From IMG/VR virus record IMGVR_UViG_650627003_000001, positions 64,001 through 128,000 of that record: 64,000 bases of DNA. One strand, written 5' to 3'. The DNA comes from a virus (taxonomy: Duplodnaviria; Caudoviricetes). The notes beneath the pieces were generated by a model, which made no database searches, was not told where the DNA came from, and saw nothing but the letters and a program-made list of their open reading frames with translations. Shown piece after piece: positions 16,657 through 26,084 of this stretch. The position numbers were made by a program, and so were the translations under genes. The first letter of the stretch is position 1. Every line of letters starts with the position of its first letter.

Positions 16657-16731
16657 TGGTGGGCCCAACAGGTTACGCTCCTGAATCCTCCGATTTATGA
16701 GATCGGTACTCTACTATTGAGTTATAGGCCC
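16657..16731 (-). tRNA. tRNA with CAU anticodon, probably tRNA-Ile2
   Basis: GGGCCTA/TGGGCCC-A-CCA with C4-G69 and C5-G68 (TilS determinants); CCGAT-CTCATAA-ATCGG; no initiator features. Confidence 0.8.
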
Positions 16732-16832
16732 ATGTTTAAATCCACTAAATTTATGCATTACAAAGAGGCCTTAGTGGTAGTCAAATATAGCATGTAATCG
16801 ACCTTAAAAATAAGATTACATGGCTAACATAA

Positions 16833-16916
16833 GTGACTCTTTTAAGTAATGTCTAACGGCTCTTAATTGGCTGGGACAGTTGACATTACTTAAAAGAGTC
16901 ACCTCGAAAGGTGACT
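16833..16916 (-). repeat. perfect 21-bp inverted repeat overlapping a UUCG terminator-like hairpin
   Basis: Arms 16833-16853 and 16882-16902; GTCACCT-TTCG-AGGTGAC-TCTTTT. Confidence 0.85.
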
Positions 16917-16922
16917 TAATGT

Positions 16923-17177
16923 TTATTCACCATAAACATGTAAACAGCGTTCATCAAAATCAAGTTGAGCTAAATCAACAACAGCTTGTGAAACTTCTTC
17001 GAAGCTGTTTGTAACAGGAGTAGCGGTACGCTGACCATTTGCCGGATGTTTGGTAGTAACCAATACTGTTCCATCAACAAGTTCTTGTACACCAACAATA
17101 AAGCTTGCATCAATAACAAAACGCACAACATTAGTTGGAAGACGGTTACGATCGATATTAAGAACTAATTTAGCCAT
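16923..17177 (-). CDS. hypothetical protein (84 aa)
   Basis: AAGGA RBS. Confidence 0.7.
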   Translation of the reverse strand: MAKLVLNIDRNRLPTNVVRFVIDASFIVGVQELVDGTVLVTTKHPANGQRTATPVTNSFEEVSQAVVDLAQLDFDERCLHVYGE

Positions 17178-17409
17178 TTTGATTTCCTTTTAAAGAGATA
17201 GAGATTTTAACGTTTAATAAAACGAAGCGAATGGCTTCTAGTAAACAACCAAACAAGAATAATGCAATTGCATTCATTCCAAATGATTTGATTTCTGCAT
17301 TTGTCATGACTAGACCACCAACTACAGCAATTATAACAGAACTCGCAGCTAGAAGGAAAAATATATTTCGAGCAAATTCTAGGGGTTTGTTTAAAGATTG
17401 TAGTTTCAT
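17170..17409 (-). CDS. small two-helix membrane protein
   Basis: Two hydrophobic segments. Confidence 0.7.
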   Translation of the reverse strand: MKLQSLNKPLEFARNIFFLLAASSVIIAVVGGLVMTNAEIKSFGMNAIALFLFGCLLEAIRFVLLNVKISISLKGNQNG

Positions 17410-17437
17410 GATGTAGTACTCAGTAGTTGATAATGCT

Positions 17438-17466
17438 ATAATAACACAATTTTGTTTGAAGTAAAC
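17438..17466 (-). promoter_or_regulatory. T4-type early promoter upstream of the tRNA region
   Basis: GTTTAC-TTCAAACAAAATTGTGT-TATTAT. Confidence 0.8.
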
Positions 17467-17491
17467 TGCTTTTTAAAAATAATTTAAATTT

Positions 17492-17977
17492 TTATGGTTT
17501 CCAATTTAAATCAAGATCTTCAGTGTACTCATGTGTTATTACAACAGGATTCCCAGTGACCCCATGTTTTGGTATTTCCATTGCGCCAATATCATAAGCC
17601 AATGTAACATGAGGATTATACGTCGGGAAATCGAATGTAGCACCAAGAATGTTAGCATATTCATGTCTTGATTCTAAATAAGGCGAATCAAGTAGAACGA
17701 CCAGTGCACGCTTTCCGTTGTGTTCGAAAACTTCCAATTTATGAGTTGAACCAATAGGCATTTTCTCAGTCAATGGAATATACGGAATTTTAACTCGAGA
17801 AAAACAAATCGTCGAGTGTAATTTGTCACGTGGGACTGGATTGAAGAGCTCCATAATTTGCTGGAGCGCTTGGAACATATCTAAAGTGCTATCATCGAAC
17901 TTTACAGCAGCGTAAGTGCCTTTGTCAATATCACTCAGCTTCAACTTGTTCGACCGGGGTAACAAGAGCTTTAACAC
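17492..17977 (-). CDS. 57B: gp57B / anti-CBASS 2H phosphoesterase Acb1 (true start probably near 17944)
   Basis: HSTICFSR and HVTLAY 2H motifs, NPVPRDK; T4 synteny. Confidence 0.92.
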   Translation of the reverse strand: MLKLLLPRSNKLKLSDIDKGTYAAVKFDDSTLDMFQALQQIMELFNPVPRDKLHSTICFSRVKIPYIPLTEKMPIGSTHKLEVFEHNGKRALVVLLDSPYLESRHEYANILGATFDFPTYNPHVTLAYDIGAMEIPKHGVTGNPVVITHEYTEDLDLNWKP

Positions 17978-18173
17978 CAGCTATAACATCTTCTAAAGCG
18001 ATTTCACCACGTTCGTTTGGAGTAAGACCAATAATATGAGCTACTTCGCCGAGTGCAGCTTGAATTTGTTGTGCAGCTTGATTAGTTTGATTAAACTGTT
18101 CTTGAATGTCAAACATACGTGCTTTAAGGCCAGTAATAATTTGTTCAGCTGTAGGTTGTGCTTGTTGAGTCAT
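17931..18173 (-). CDS. 57A: tail fibre assembly chaperone gp57A
   Basis: Coiled coil LKARMFD; position between genes 1 and 57B. Confidence 0.85.
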   Translation of the reverse strand: MTQQAQPTAEQIITGLKARMFDIQEQFNQTNQAAQQIQAALGEVAHIIGLTPNERGEIALEDVIAGVKALVTPVEQVEAE

Positions 18174-18905
18174 TTAGATTGCTCCAATAAATTTAAGTTG
18201 TTGTGCGACATTTGGTTTAAGGTCTTCCAAAGATCCATCATTATAAATGAATGCATTTTGAGAAGAATTCTCACAGCTCAGACCTTGTTCGGTGATGTGT
18301 GTATCAGTGATATTATTTATACGACTAGAACTAACGTACATAAATGTAGCACCAAATGAATCGAATGCGTCTTGTTCATGTACTTGTCGAATATCGCCAA
18401 TAACACAGATGTCTGTATGATCCATTTTATCAAAAATTTCGTTAAGCGTTAAGCGACACCAAAAATATTTGTCGAATCGATTTACAACAACATCTGTTCC
18501 GAGTGTTTGCATTAAGCGACGTACTGACCAAGATTCTTTATTACTAAAGACCACATCTTTGATGATGTCTTCAACAATCGATTTGTCTTCTGGGTTTTTA
18601 AGGGCATATATGCGTTGCAGATAACCAATAGAACTTTTAATTAAATCGCATGCATCTTTATTAGAAATCAATAAAGGGCTTTCACGATCGTAATCAATAC
18701 CTTCAAGTCGTTCATTAGTTAAATCAATGCCAGAAACACGAACTAGTTGGTTTTCTTCGTAGCCGATTTTTAACGCTTCTTTAATTTTATCAGCGAGTCG
18801 AACGAAATTAACACGTTTATTATTTTCACGTCCAATTTCGTCAATGAGCATTCCAACAGTATCTTTACCTGAACGCTTCTTTCCCGCAATAGCGATAATC
18901 TTCAT
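18174..18905 (-). CDS. 1: deoxynucleoside monophosphate kinase gp1
   Basis: GKKRSGKDT P-loop, RRLMQTLGTD, DIRQ.HE. Confidence 0.95.
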   Translation of the reverse strand: MKIIAIAGKKRSGKDTVGMLIDEIGRENNKRVNFVRLADKIKEALKIGYEENQLVRVSGIDLTNERLEGIDYDRESPLLISNKDACDLIKSSIGYLQRIYALKNPEDKSIVEDIIKDVVFSNKESWSVRRLMQTLGTDVVVNRFDKYFWCRLTLNEIFDKMDHTDICVIGDIRQVHEQDAFDSFGATFMYVSSSRINNITDTHITEQGLSCENSSQNAFIYNDGSLEDLKPNVAQQLKFIGAI

Positions 18906-18950
18906 AAGATTCTCCGTAAGGGTTGATATGAAGATTTTATCACTATTATT

Positions 18951-19541
18951 TTAACGCATACTTGGATGAACAGCTGCAGTATTTCCCTTTCCATTTGCTA
19001 ATGCTTGTTCTTTAATAGATTGACGCTTGATAATAATCTTGCCGTTCTTTTCTACTTCCATATATTTGTAATGGAACGTAGCTATTGACGTTACAGGGAT
19101 GTCTGTTGATTCTGTGGTGTTATACTCAACTTCGCCAATATCCGCACACCATGCGCCGTAGAAGTGAATCGAGAGTGCGATTTTAGTTCGGCTGTTATCT
19201 AATATATGCAAGGTAATGAATTTGGGTAAAACGCCATCTTCAAATCCGTTTCCATCATATGCTAAATAGCTATTAATAGAGATCATCCATTTATATAGTT
19301 CCAACCAAGAATCTAGTTCTTCATCTACTACGAATCGACAAACAAATGGATCGAATTCAACAGTTGAACCTGGCAAACTGGCGCGAGCAAGACCTTTTGT
19401 TCCAGCCGGAACATCAGTAACAGGCATGCGAATACCAGGAATTAATACAGACTGTGCGTTTAACTTAAATGCCTTTGTGATATTACAGTCTGGAATTTCT
19501 ACCACAAAGTTAGTAATGTTCGTTTGATTATGTAATGACAT
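18951..19541 (-). CDS. 3: tail tube terminator / sheath stabiliser gp3
   Basis: NQTNITNF, VDEELDSW.ELYKWM; synteny. Confidence 0.93.
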   Translation of the reverse strand: MSLHNQTNITNFVVEIPDCNITKAFKLNAQSVLIPGIRMPVTDVPAGTKGLARASLPGSTVEFDPFVCRFVVDEELDSWLELYKWMISINSYLAYDGNGFEDGVLPKFITLHILDNSRTKIALSIHFYGAWCADIGEVEYNTTESTDIPVTSIATFHYKYMEVEKNGKIIIKRQSIKEQALANGKGNTAAVHPSMR

Positions 19542-19595
19542 TTTAGCCTCTTGGTTAAAAAATGGACGCTTGGAACGTCATGGGTTAAGCACGAG

Positions 19596-19624
19596 ATTTG
19601 CTTAAAGTGTAAGTATGGTACAAT
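19596..19624 (+). promoter_or_regulatory. middle-mode promoter (MotA box plus -10) with no downstream ORF
   Basis: TTTGCTTAA-13 nt-TACAAT. Confidence 0.6.
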
Positions 19625-19748
19625 GCTTCTACAATGCTGAATGAACTGGTTCCCTATTACCTGGAAGGGGATAGAGTCTTAATTGGTTACTAATTAATAG
19701 ACAAAATAAAAATAATAAGCGTGAAACTCGCGCAGCGATAATCGTGTA

Positions 19749-20567
19749 TTATTTCCATACACGATTTGCTGAGAAACGTTTTCCTTTGCTTTGGAAACTT
19801 TGCAAAGGTAACAACACGACATTTGACCAATCTGAAGGTTTAATTTCTGTAATTTGACCTTGAATATGACTTGGCAAATACGCTTTAATCATCTTATCTG
19901 CGCCTTGCATTCCTTTAACTTTTGACCAATCAATCTTTAAGCGTGTACTATTAGTAATAGTTCCGGTGGTAGAATACTTCGTAAGAAGTTCCTCAAGAAA
20001 AGATTGGCGTGCTTTTGGTGGAATATAATGTAAGTTTAGACCATATAATAAAGTAGAAGCACCTTGTTTGCCAACACCTAAGAAAACAATTAATGGGTAC
20101 TTATCCCAGTATGGAAGAGTGTCTTTATGTTTTGCGTCATAAGCAAAAGCGTATATCCGACCTGGTTCAGGTCTAGAAACTTTATGGCCACGTACAGAGC
20201 TCTTCATTGTATCAGCGAACCATTTAGCAGATTTATTGTTTACTGCAGCACCATGGTTTCTTACTTTATCTCTAATTGAAGCTCTAAAACTATTAATCAT
20301 AATTAGAGATTTTTCTTTAGAAGTCAACTTGTTATATGGCTTCTTGGCTAAAATTTGTACTTTTTGAGCCATTTCAATTTGTGTCTTATAACGAGACATT
20401 GACTTTGTAAAAGTCCCGTAAGGGATATTTCGTTCAGCAGCAAATTCTTTTGCTGTTTTCCCTTCTTTTCTTTCTTCTAAAAACTTAAGACCAATCTCAA
20501 CCCATTGTGATTCTTTACGAGCTGTTACTTGGTTCATTCCTGATTCATTTGCTTCTGTAAAAATCAT
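19749..20567 (-). CDS. 2: DNA end protector gp2
   Basis: [27 protein letters not shown]. Confidence 0.95.
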   Translation of the reverse strand: MIFTEANESGMNQVTARKESQWVEIGLKFLEERKEGKTAKEFAAERNIPYGTFTKSMSRYKTQIEMAQKVQILAKKPYNKLTSKEKSLIMINSFRASIRDKVRNHGAAVNNKSAKWFADTMKSSVRGHKVSRPEPGRIYAFAYDAKHKDTLPYWDKYPLIVFLGVGKQGASTLLYGLNLHYIPPKARQSFLEELLTKYSTTGTITNSTRLKIDWSKVKGMQGADKMIKAYLPSHIQGQITEIKPSDWSNVVLLPLQSFQSKGKRFSANRVWK

Positions 20568-21025
20568 AATACCATCCCAAGTCGTCTAAGACCGTTTTCT
20601 GTTAATAGTCTAAAAGTGATATTGTGTTTAGTTGCAACTTTTTCAGCTGCCACCCATTTGTCTGAATTCACTTTCCACGTATACAGTTCATTAATAAACC
20701 GTTTTTTAGCTTGTACAGTTAGTTTAGCTGGTTGCTTTGGTGCAATAGTTTCTTTCTTAGGTTTTACTTCAAAAAAGAATTCTTTGTACTCACCATTACC
20801 CATATCAAACTTTGCCCAGAAGTCCATAAAGTATCGACGACGTCGACCATCTGCTGTAGAAAAATATGGAATCACGACTTCTTCGCTATTCCACTTAACT
20901 ACTTGAGGGTTATTGTCTAAGTATTTCATAAACCAATGCTCCCAAGAGCTTCTATACGAAATCTTATACAAATCACCTTTATATTTTTCTTTGTTTACTG
21001 GCATGAATTTACCCGAGTAAGCCAT
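20564..21025 (-). CDS. 4: head completion nuclease gp4
   Basis: YSGKF.P.N..KY.GD, YRSSWE, EVKP. Confidence 0.95.
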   Translation of the reverse strand: MAYSGKFMPVNKEKYKGDLYKISYRSSWEHWFMKYLDNNPQVVKWNSEEVVIPYFSTADGRRRRYFMDFWAKFDMGNGEYKEFFFEVKPKKETIAPKQPAKLTVQAKKRFINELYTWKVNSDKWVAAEKVATKHNITFRLLTENGLRRLGMVL

Positions 21026-21038
21026 AGGATACTCCTGC

Positions 21039-21058
21039 TATAAATATATTTATTTATA
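21039..21058. promoter_or_regulatory. divergent late promoters for genes 53 and 4
   Basis: TATAAATA (+, 21039-46) and TATAAATA (-, 21058-51). Confidence 0.85.
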
Positions 21059-21071
21059 AAGAGGGCTTATT

Positions 21072-21641
21072 ATGCTTTTGTCTTTTTATGACCCTATCTC
21101 GTATACAGCAAAGACTGTAAACAAAAATGCAAAACCTGTATTAATGACACAGATTTTTAGAGACTATAAAGAGTATTTTGATCGAGTAGCTGTTAATTAC
21201 AGATTAATTTCTTATTATATTCAAGATGCACCACGACCAGAAACTTTGGCAAACGAATTGTACGGAAACGTCCAGCTTTATTGGGTCCTATTAATGTGTA
21301 ATAATATTTACGATCCTTTTCATGGGTGGATTAAATCCCAAGAAGCTGTTTATGATTCTGTTGAACAAGAATATGACGAACCAGAACAAGTCGTTTATCA
21401 TGTTGATGTAAAGGGCGAAAAATATTTCAATTTAGTTGAATATCCTTTGTACTCTGGAATTTGGTACGACAAAGGCGATAAAAATAGATTGCATCGTCAA
21501 TATACAGGGGCTTTGAGAGCGGTTGATGCTAATGAAGCAGCTCTTTTAAACAATGAAGCTAAACGCAAAATCAAAATTATTGCCCCATCAGATATTGATG
21601 CATTTTTAGCTGATTTTATTAAAGAGATGGAGCGAAACTAA
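21072..21641 (+). CDS. 53: baseplate wedge subunit gp53
   Basis: RPETLA..LYGN.QLYWVLLM.N; synteny. Confidence 0.95.
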   Translation: MLLSFYDPISYTAKTVNKNAKPVLMTQIFRDYKEYFDRVAVNYRLISYYIQDAPRPETLANELYGNVQLYWVLLMCNNIYDPFHGWIKSQEAVYDSVEQEYDEPEQVVYHVDVKGEKYFNLVEYPLYSGIWYDKGDKNRLHRQYTGALRAVDANEAALLNNEAKRKIKIIAPSDIDAFLADFIKEMERN

Positions 21642-23383
21642 TGCAAATTTTACCATTCAATGGTAGCTGGTTTACTGGTGTAGTTGAAGATCGACATGAT
21701 CCTCTAAAGCAAGGGCGTGTACGTGTTCGAGTCGCTGGTGTCCACCCATTTAGTCGCATCCAAGGTGATGTCGAAGGTATGCCTATTGAAGATTTACCAT
21801 GGATGTCTGTTGTTTTACCTGTAACTTCAGCTGGTATGAGCGGTAACTCTGGCTCTGTTACTGGTTTAGTTGAAGGTTCTCATGTTTTTGGACAATGGTT
21901 AGACAAGTATAAAATCAATGGTATTGTTCAAGGAACTACCACCGGCAATATGGTCAACACACCAAACTTTGATGAAGGATTTTCTGATCCAAGTGGACAA
22001 TATCCGTCGCGATTAGGGACTGATTCTAGTTCTTTAAGCTTAGGTGGTGATATGGGTGCAGATAATGATGCTAACATTTACCAAGACGAGAATCTTGATG
22101 AAGGTATCAATCCTGGGGCACCAGGACAGTCAAACCCAGACAGTAATCCTAACTATACAATGGAACGGATGTTGAAGAAAGATGAAGGCGTTCGCAATAC
22201 ACTTTATTGGGATCATTTAGGCTTTCCTACTATTGGTATTGGACATCTTATTGTTCCACAAAAGACCAAAAACAGTTCAACAATCAATAACCAATTATCT
22301 AAAGATCTTGGTAGATCAGTTAGTGGAAATAGACCTTCTATCACACATACAGAAATCACTACTTTATTTGAAAAAGATTTAAAGCAAATTCAATCTGAGA
22401 TCAAAAAGAATAGAACAATTGCACCTGTTTATAATAAGTGTAATCGTAGTAGACAAATGGCATTAGAGAATATGGCTTTCCAAATGGGCACAGGAGGATT
22501 GGCTAAATTTAAAACAATGCTTAAATTTATGTTTGCTGAAAACTGGGTTGAAGCTGCAAAATCTGGTAAAGGGTCTAAATGGGCTAGACAAACACCTGGT
22601 CGTGCATCGAGAATTTGTCGTATTATCTTAAACGGCAATCTTACTTCTTATGGAGTGCCTGTATCAACAAAATCAGCTTCAAAAACATTCTTTGTTTCAA
22701 ATGGATTTACTGCTTTTGCTTCAAGCGATGATGACGATGATCTAAGTCAACCTTTTGTTGAAGACAATAATCTACAACTTTTTGCTGAACCGGAGAGCTC
22801 TTATAAAGGCGAATACCCATATGTTCATGCATATCAATCAGAATCTGGATTGGTCCAAGAATTTGATGATACTCCAGGCCAAGAGCGATTTAGAGTAAGA
22901 CATCCAACTGGTTCTTATAATGAATATGCTCCAGATGGCAGAACTACAACTAAGTCTGTTGGCGACTCATATCAGTTGACAAATGGTAACCATAATCTTC
23001 TTGTTCAAGGTGATAATAAAGTAAACATTGGTGGTAACGAAACTGTTTACAATATGGGCTCGTTGAATCAAACTGTTGATGGGGACATTGTTAAAATTGT
23101 CCATGGAAATACCACTGTAACTATAGATGGCGATAACAATGTTTCTATTAAAGGGAGCACGACTATTACTGTTGAAGGTGATGCTAACGTAACAGTCCAA
23201 GGCAATGCTGGTGTCAATGTCCAAGGCAACTACGATTTAACTGTCCAAGGCAATATGAATTGGAATATCACTGGTACAGTTACTCAAAATATTTCTGGCG
23301 CTTGGACTCAATCATGTCCATCATTAACTGTAGATGTTGCTGGTTCTTATTCTGCGACTGCTACAAGATACGACTTTAAATAA
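21641..23383 (+). CDS. 5: baseplate central spike / tail lysozyme gp5
   Basis: OB fold, lysozyme DEG...WD...PTIGIGH, VxG beta-helix repeats. Confidence 0.97.
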   Translation: MQILPFNGSWFTGVVEDRHDPLKQGRVRVRVAGVHPFSRIQGDVEGMPIEDLPWMSVVLPVTSAGMSGNSGSVTGLVEGSHVFGQWLDKYKINGIVQGTTTGNMVNTPNFDEGFSDPSGQYPSRLGTDSSSLSLGGDMGADNDANIYQDENLDEGINPGAPGQSNPDSNPNYTMERMLKKDEGVRNTLYWDHLGFPTIGIGHLIVPQKTKNSSTINNQLSKDLGRSVSGNRPSITHTEITTLFEKDLKQIQSEIKKNRTIAPVYNKCNRSRQMALENMAFQMGTGGLAKFKTMLKFMFAENWVEAAKSGKGSKWARQTPGRASRICRIILNGNLTSYGVPVSTKSASKTFFVSNGFTAFASSDDDDDLSQPFVEDNNLQLFAEPESSYKGEYPYVHAYQSESGLVQEFDDTPGQERFRVRHPTGSYNEYAPDGRTTTKSVGDSYQLTNGNHNLLVQGDNKVNIGGNETVYNMGSLNQTVDGDIVKIVHGNTTVTIDGDNNVSIKGSTTITVEGDANVTVQGNAGVNVQGNYDLTVQGNMNWNITGTVTQNISGAWTQSCPSLTVDVAGSYSATATRYDFK

Positions 23384-23392
23384 AGGTGAGCA

Positions 23393-23866
23393 ATGGCTAA
23401 TATTTTACCGGTCAACTCAATTTTACCTGATGCACTTGAAGGCGATCAAGTGCATCAGGCTTTTACAGCAGAGTTATCAAGTACTGAAACACTAGATTCA
23501 ATTAGAATTATAAATAACGATTTTCCTAATGGAATAGTAGTTAATGGCGCTAGTTATTCTGGTGTATTTAGAGATGTCTTTAAATTGTCGCCAGGTGCTC
23601 TAAAATATCGTAAAGGCTTTGAATATGGACAAGCTGATTCGTTTAGTGAGTTGCCACCAAAAGGAACAGCAGATTTATATTCCTACGGCGCTCCTAGCGT
23701 CATGAGGGATAACTTTCACTGCACAGTTGAGTTAATCTATACTTCTAGTGACGCAAGCGATCCTGCGGCGACAGGGACCCAATCTACTATAACTAAATCA
23801 TACACACAACCATTGCAAGGCAATTGGTCAACATTTGCTAATCGCTTTAGAGAATATGTGAGGTAA
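23393..23866 (+). CDS. 5.1: gp5.1 homologue
   Basis: Synteny, C-terminal GNWS.FA..FR.YV. Confidence 0.8.
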   Translation: MANILPVNSILPDALEGDQVHQAFTAELSSTETLDSIRIINNDFPNGIVVNGASYSGVFRDVFKLSPGALKYRKGFEYGQADSFSELPPKGTADLYSYGAPSVMRDNFHCTVELIYTSSDASDPAATGTQSTITKSYTQPLQGNWSTFANRFREYVR

Positions 23867-23868
23867 CA

Positions 23869-24138
23869 ATGCCATCTGTCTCAGTACACATGTCTAAAAC
23901 AACCGGTCATGGTCCATATGGACCAACTAGCATTATAGCAACACAATCAAAGGTTTTTATCGAAGGTTTAGCTGTGCTTGTGAATGGAGACAAGATTATT
24001 CCACATCCACATGATGGCACAGCAATTGCATCACAATCAAAGATGTTTATTCAAGGTAAACCAGTAATTATAATTGGTGATCAAATCTCTTGTGGAGATA
24101 TGGTTGCCCAAGGAAGCAGCAAGGTATTTCTATCATGA
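23869..24138 (+). CDS. 5.4: PAAR spike-tip protein gp5.4
   Basis: TTGH, HPHDG, ISCGD..AQGSSKVF. Confidence 0.92.
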   Translation: MPSVSVHMSKTTGHGPYGPTSIIATQSKVFIEGLAVLVNGDKIIPHPHDGTAIASQSKMFIQGKPVIIIGDQISCGDMVAQGSSKVFLS

Positions 24139-26084
24139 CAACTACTCCACTAAACGGACAACTTAAACGTACAGTAAATGCTTTACCAGAAGTGTTTGTT
24201 GGTGCGACTTTCCAAGAAACTAAGACTGATTTAATAAACTGGTTGCGCGGTCAAAAAGAGTTCTTAGATTATGACTTTTCAGGTTCTCGTATTAACGTGC
24301 TTCTTGATTTATTAACATACAACACTTTATATCTTCAACAGTTTTCTAACACCGCAGTTTATGAAAGCTTTATTCGTACAGCAAACTTACGAAGTTCAGT
24401 AGTACAAGCGGCTCAAGATAATTCTTACTTGCCAGCAAGTATGTCAGCAGCTCAAACTACTTTAATGCTTAAAGTGTCACATTCTTTACGTCCAAACAGC
24501 GTAAAAATTCCACGTGGTACAAAATTCTTAGCTTATGCTCGAGATACAAGTGCTGAACCATATCCATTTGTTGTGACCGAAGACGTTGTTGCAGTAAAGG
24601 ATACAAATAATCAATATGTTCCAATTGTTAGATTAGCACAAGGTCGTATTGTTCGTACTGAACAAATTTTTAGTCATACGAGACCATTAATTGTTCGTGA
24701 CGAAAATATCGATCGAAATCAAATTCGAGTATTTGTTGATGGTGCTGAGTGGACAAACTGGACACATCGTTCTATGGTCCATGCTGGTTCAACATCATCG
24801 ATCTACTATATTCGAGAAACTGTTGATAATTTCACAGAAATCTATTTTGGTGAAGGTGAAGCTAGCACTTCTGTTGCTGGCGGTGTTCTTGAAGCAAATT
24901 ACATTGGTGGTCTAAAACCTATTCAAGGTAGTTCTATCGTTATTGAGTATATCCGTACTGATGGCGAAAAGGCTAATGGGTCACGTGATTTCACATACGC
25001 AGATACGTTACAGTACGTTACTGTGGACCAGGTAATTGAGAACTACGATAACAACCCAGATTACGTTGGCGCGATAGGTGGCGGCGATCCTGAAGATATT
25101 GAGCGTATTCGAGAATTAGCAGGTGTTAAACGTGAAGCTCAAATGCGTTGTGTAACTGCTAGCGATTACGATGCATTTGTTTCTGAACGCTTTGGTTCTA
25201 TTGTACAGGCTATCCAAACATTTACTGATTCTCAAAAACCCGGATATGCTTTTATTTCTATTAAACCAAAAACCGGACTTTACTTAACAGCTGTTCAACG
25301 TGAAGACATTCAGAACTACTTAAAAGAATATAATATTTCTACTATTACTCCTTCTGTGATTTCTCCGAATTATTTGTTCATTAAGCATTATATTAAAGTG
25401 ACTTATGCAATTAATAAATTACAGGAATCTGAACAATGGTTGGAGTCTAAAGTTTTAGATCAAATCGATCGATATTATATTGATGATGTTGAGTTGTTTA
25501 ATAAATCATTTGCAAAATCTAAAATGCTTAATTACATCGATAATTCAGATCACTCAATCATTGGTACATCAGCAGAAATCCAATTGGTTCGTGAAGTACA
25601 GAATTTCTTTGTTACACCAGAAGCCGGCATTAAATACAATAACATTGTAGTACCAGGTTCTATTACATCAAATTATTTCCCGTTCCGCCCATCAAATGGA
25701 AACGACCCTTATAATGTAAGCATCATTTCAACTGACGCCGATTCTGAAGGTGATGGAAGTATTTTAATTGGACCATTTATTAAAGGTGATGTTCCTAATA
25801 ATGCAAACATTAAACCTTATACTGGTACTGATTTTAAAGATGAATCAAATGATACTCAAAAAGAGTATTATAAAATTGGTACTGTAAGCTATCCACGTGA
25901 TTTTATTTACTGGAATATTAGCTCTATTAATTTAACTTCTGATATGTTTGATGTGCAACAAATTGAGTTGTACTCAGATCCGACAGAAGACAATATTTTT
26001 ACACGAGATGGCTCTTTAATTGTATTTGAAAATGACTTACGTCCTCAATACACAAAAATTGTCATGGAGGCAATTAATCAATGA
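24135..26084 (+). CDS. 6: baseplate wedge subunit gp6
   Basis: DYDFSGSR.NVL.DLL.YNT; ATGA coupling at 24135. Confidence 0.95.
   Translation: MTTTPLNGQLKRTVNALPEVFVGATFQETKTDLINWLRGQKEFLDYDFSGSRINVLLDLLTYNTLYLQQFSNTAVYESFIRTANLRSSVVQAAQDNSYLPASMSAAQTTLMLKVSHSLRPNSVKIPRGTKFLAYARDTSAEPYPFVVTEDVVAVKDTNNQYVPIVRLAQGRIVRTEQIFSHTRPLIVRDENIDRNQIRVFVDGAEWTNWTHRSMVHAGSTSSIYYIRETVDNFTEIYFGEGEASTSVAGGVLEANYIGGLKPIQGSSIVIEYIRTDGEKANGSRDFTYADTLQYVTVDQVIENYDNNPDYVGAIGGGDPEDIERIRELAGVKREAQMRCVTASDYDAFVSERFGSIVQAIQTFTDSQKPGYAFISIKPKTGLYLTAVQREDIQNYLKEYNISTITPSVISPNYLFIKHYIKVTYAINKLQESEQWLESKVLDQIDRYYIDDVELFNKSFAKSKMLNYIDNSDHSIIGTSAEIQLVREVQNFFVTPEAGIKYNNIVVPGSITSNYFPFRPSNGNDPYNVSIISTDADSEGDGSILIGPFIKGDVPNNANIKPYTGTDFKDESNDTQKEYYKIGTVSYPRDFIYWNISSINLTSDMFDVQQIELYSDPTEDNIFTRDGSLIVFENDLRPQYTKIVMEAINQ

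Noticed and set aside
16657-16731. Initiator tRNA-fMet
   Set aside because: G1-C72 is paired and the three consecutive G-C pairs of the initiator anticodon stem are absent
16585-16797. Plus-strand 70-aa ORF
   Set aside because: Antisense to tRNA-Ile2 and the tRNA-like element
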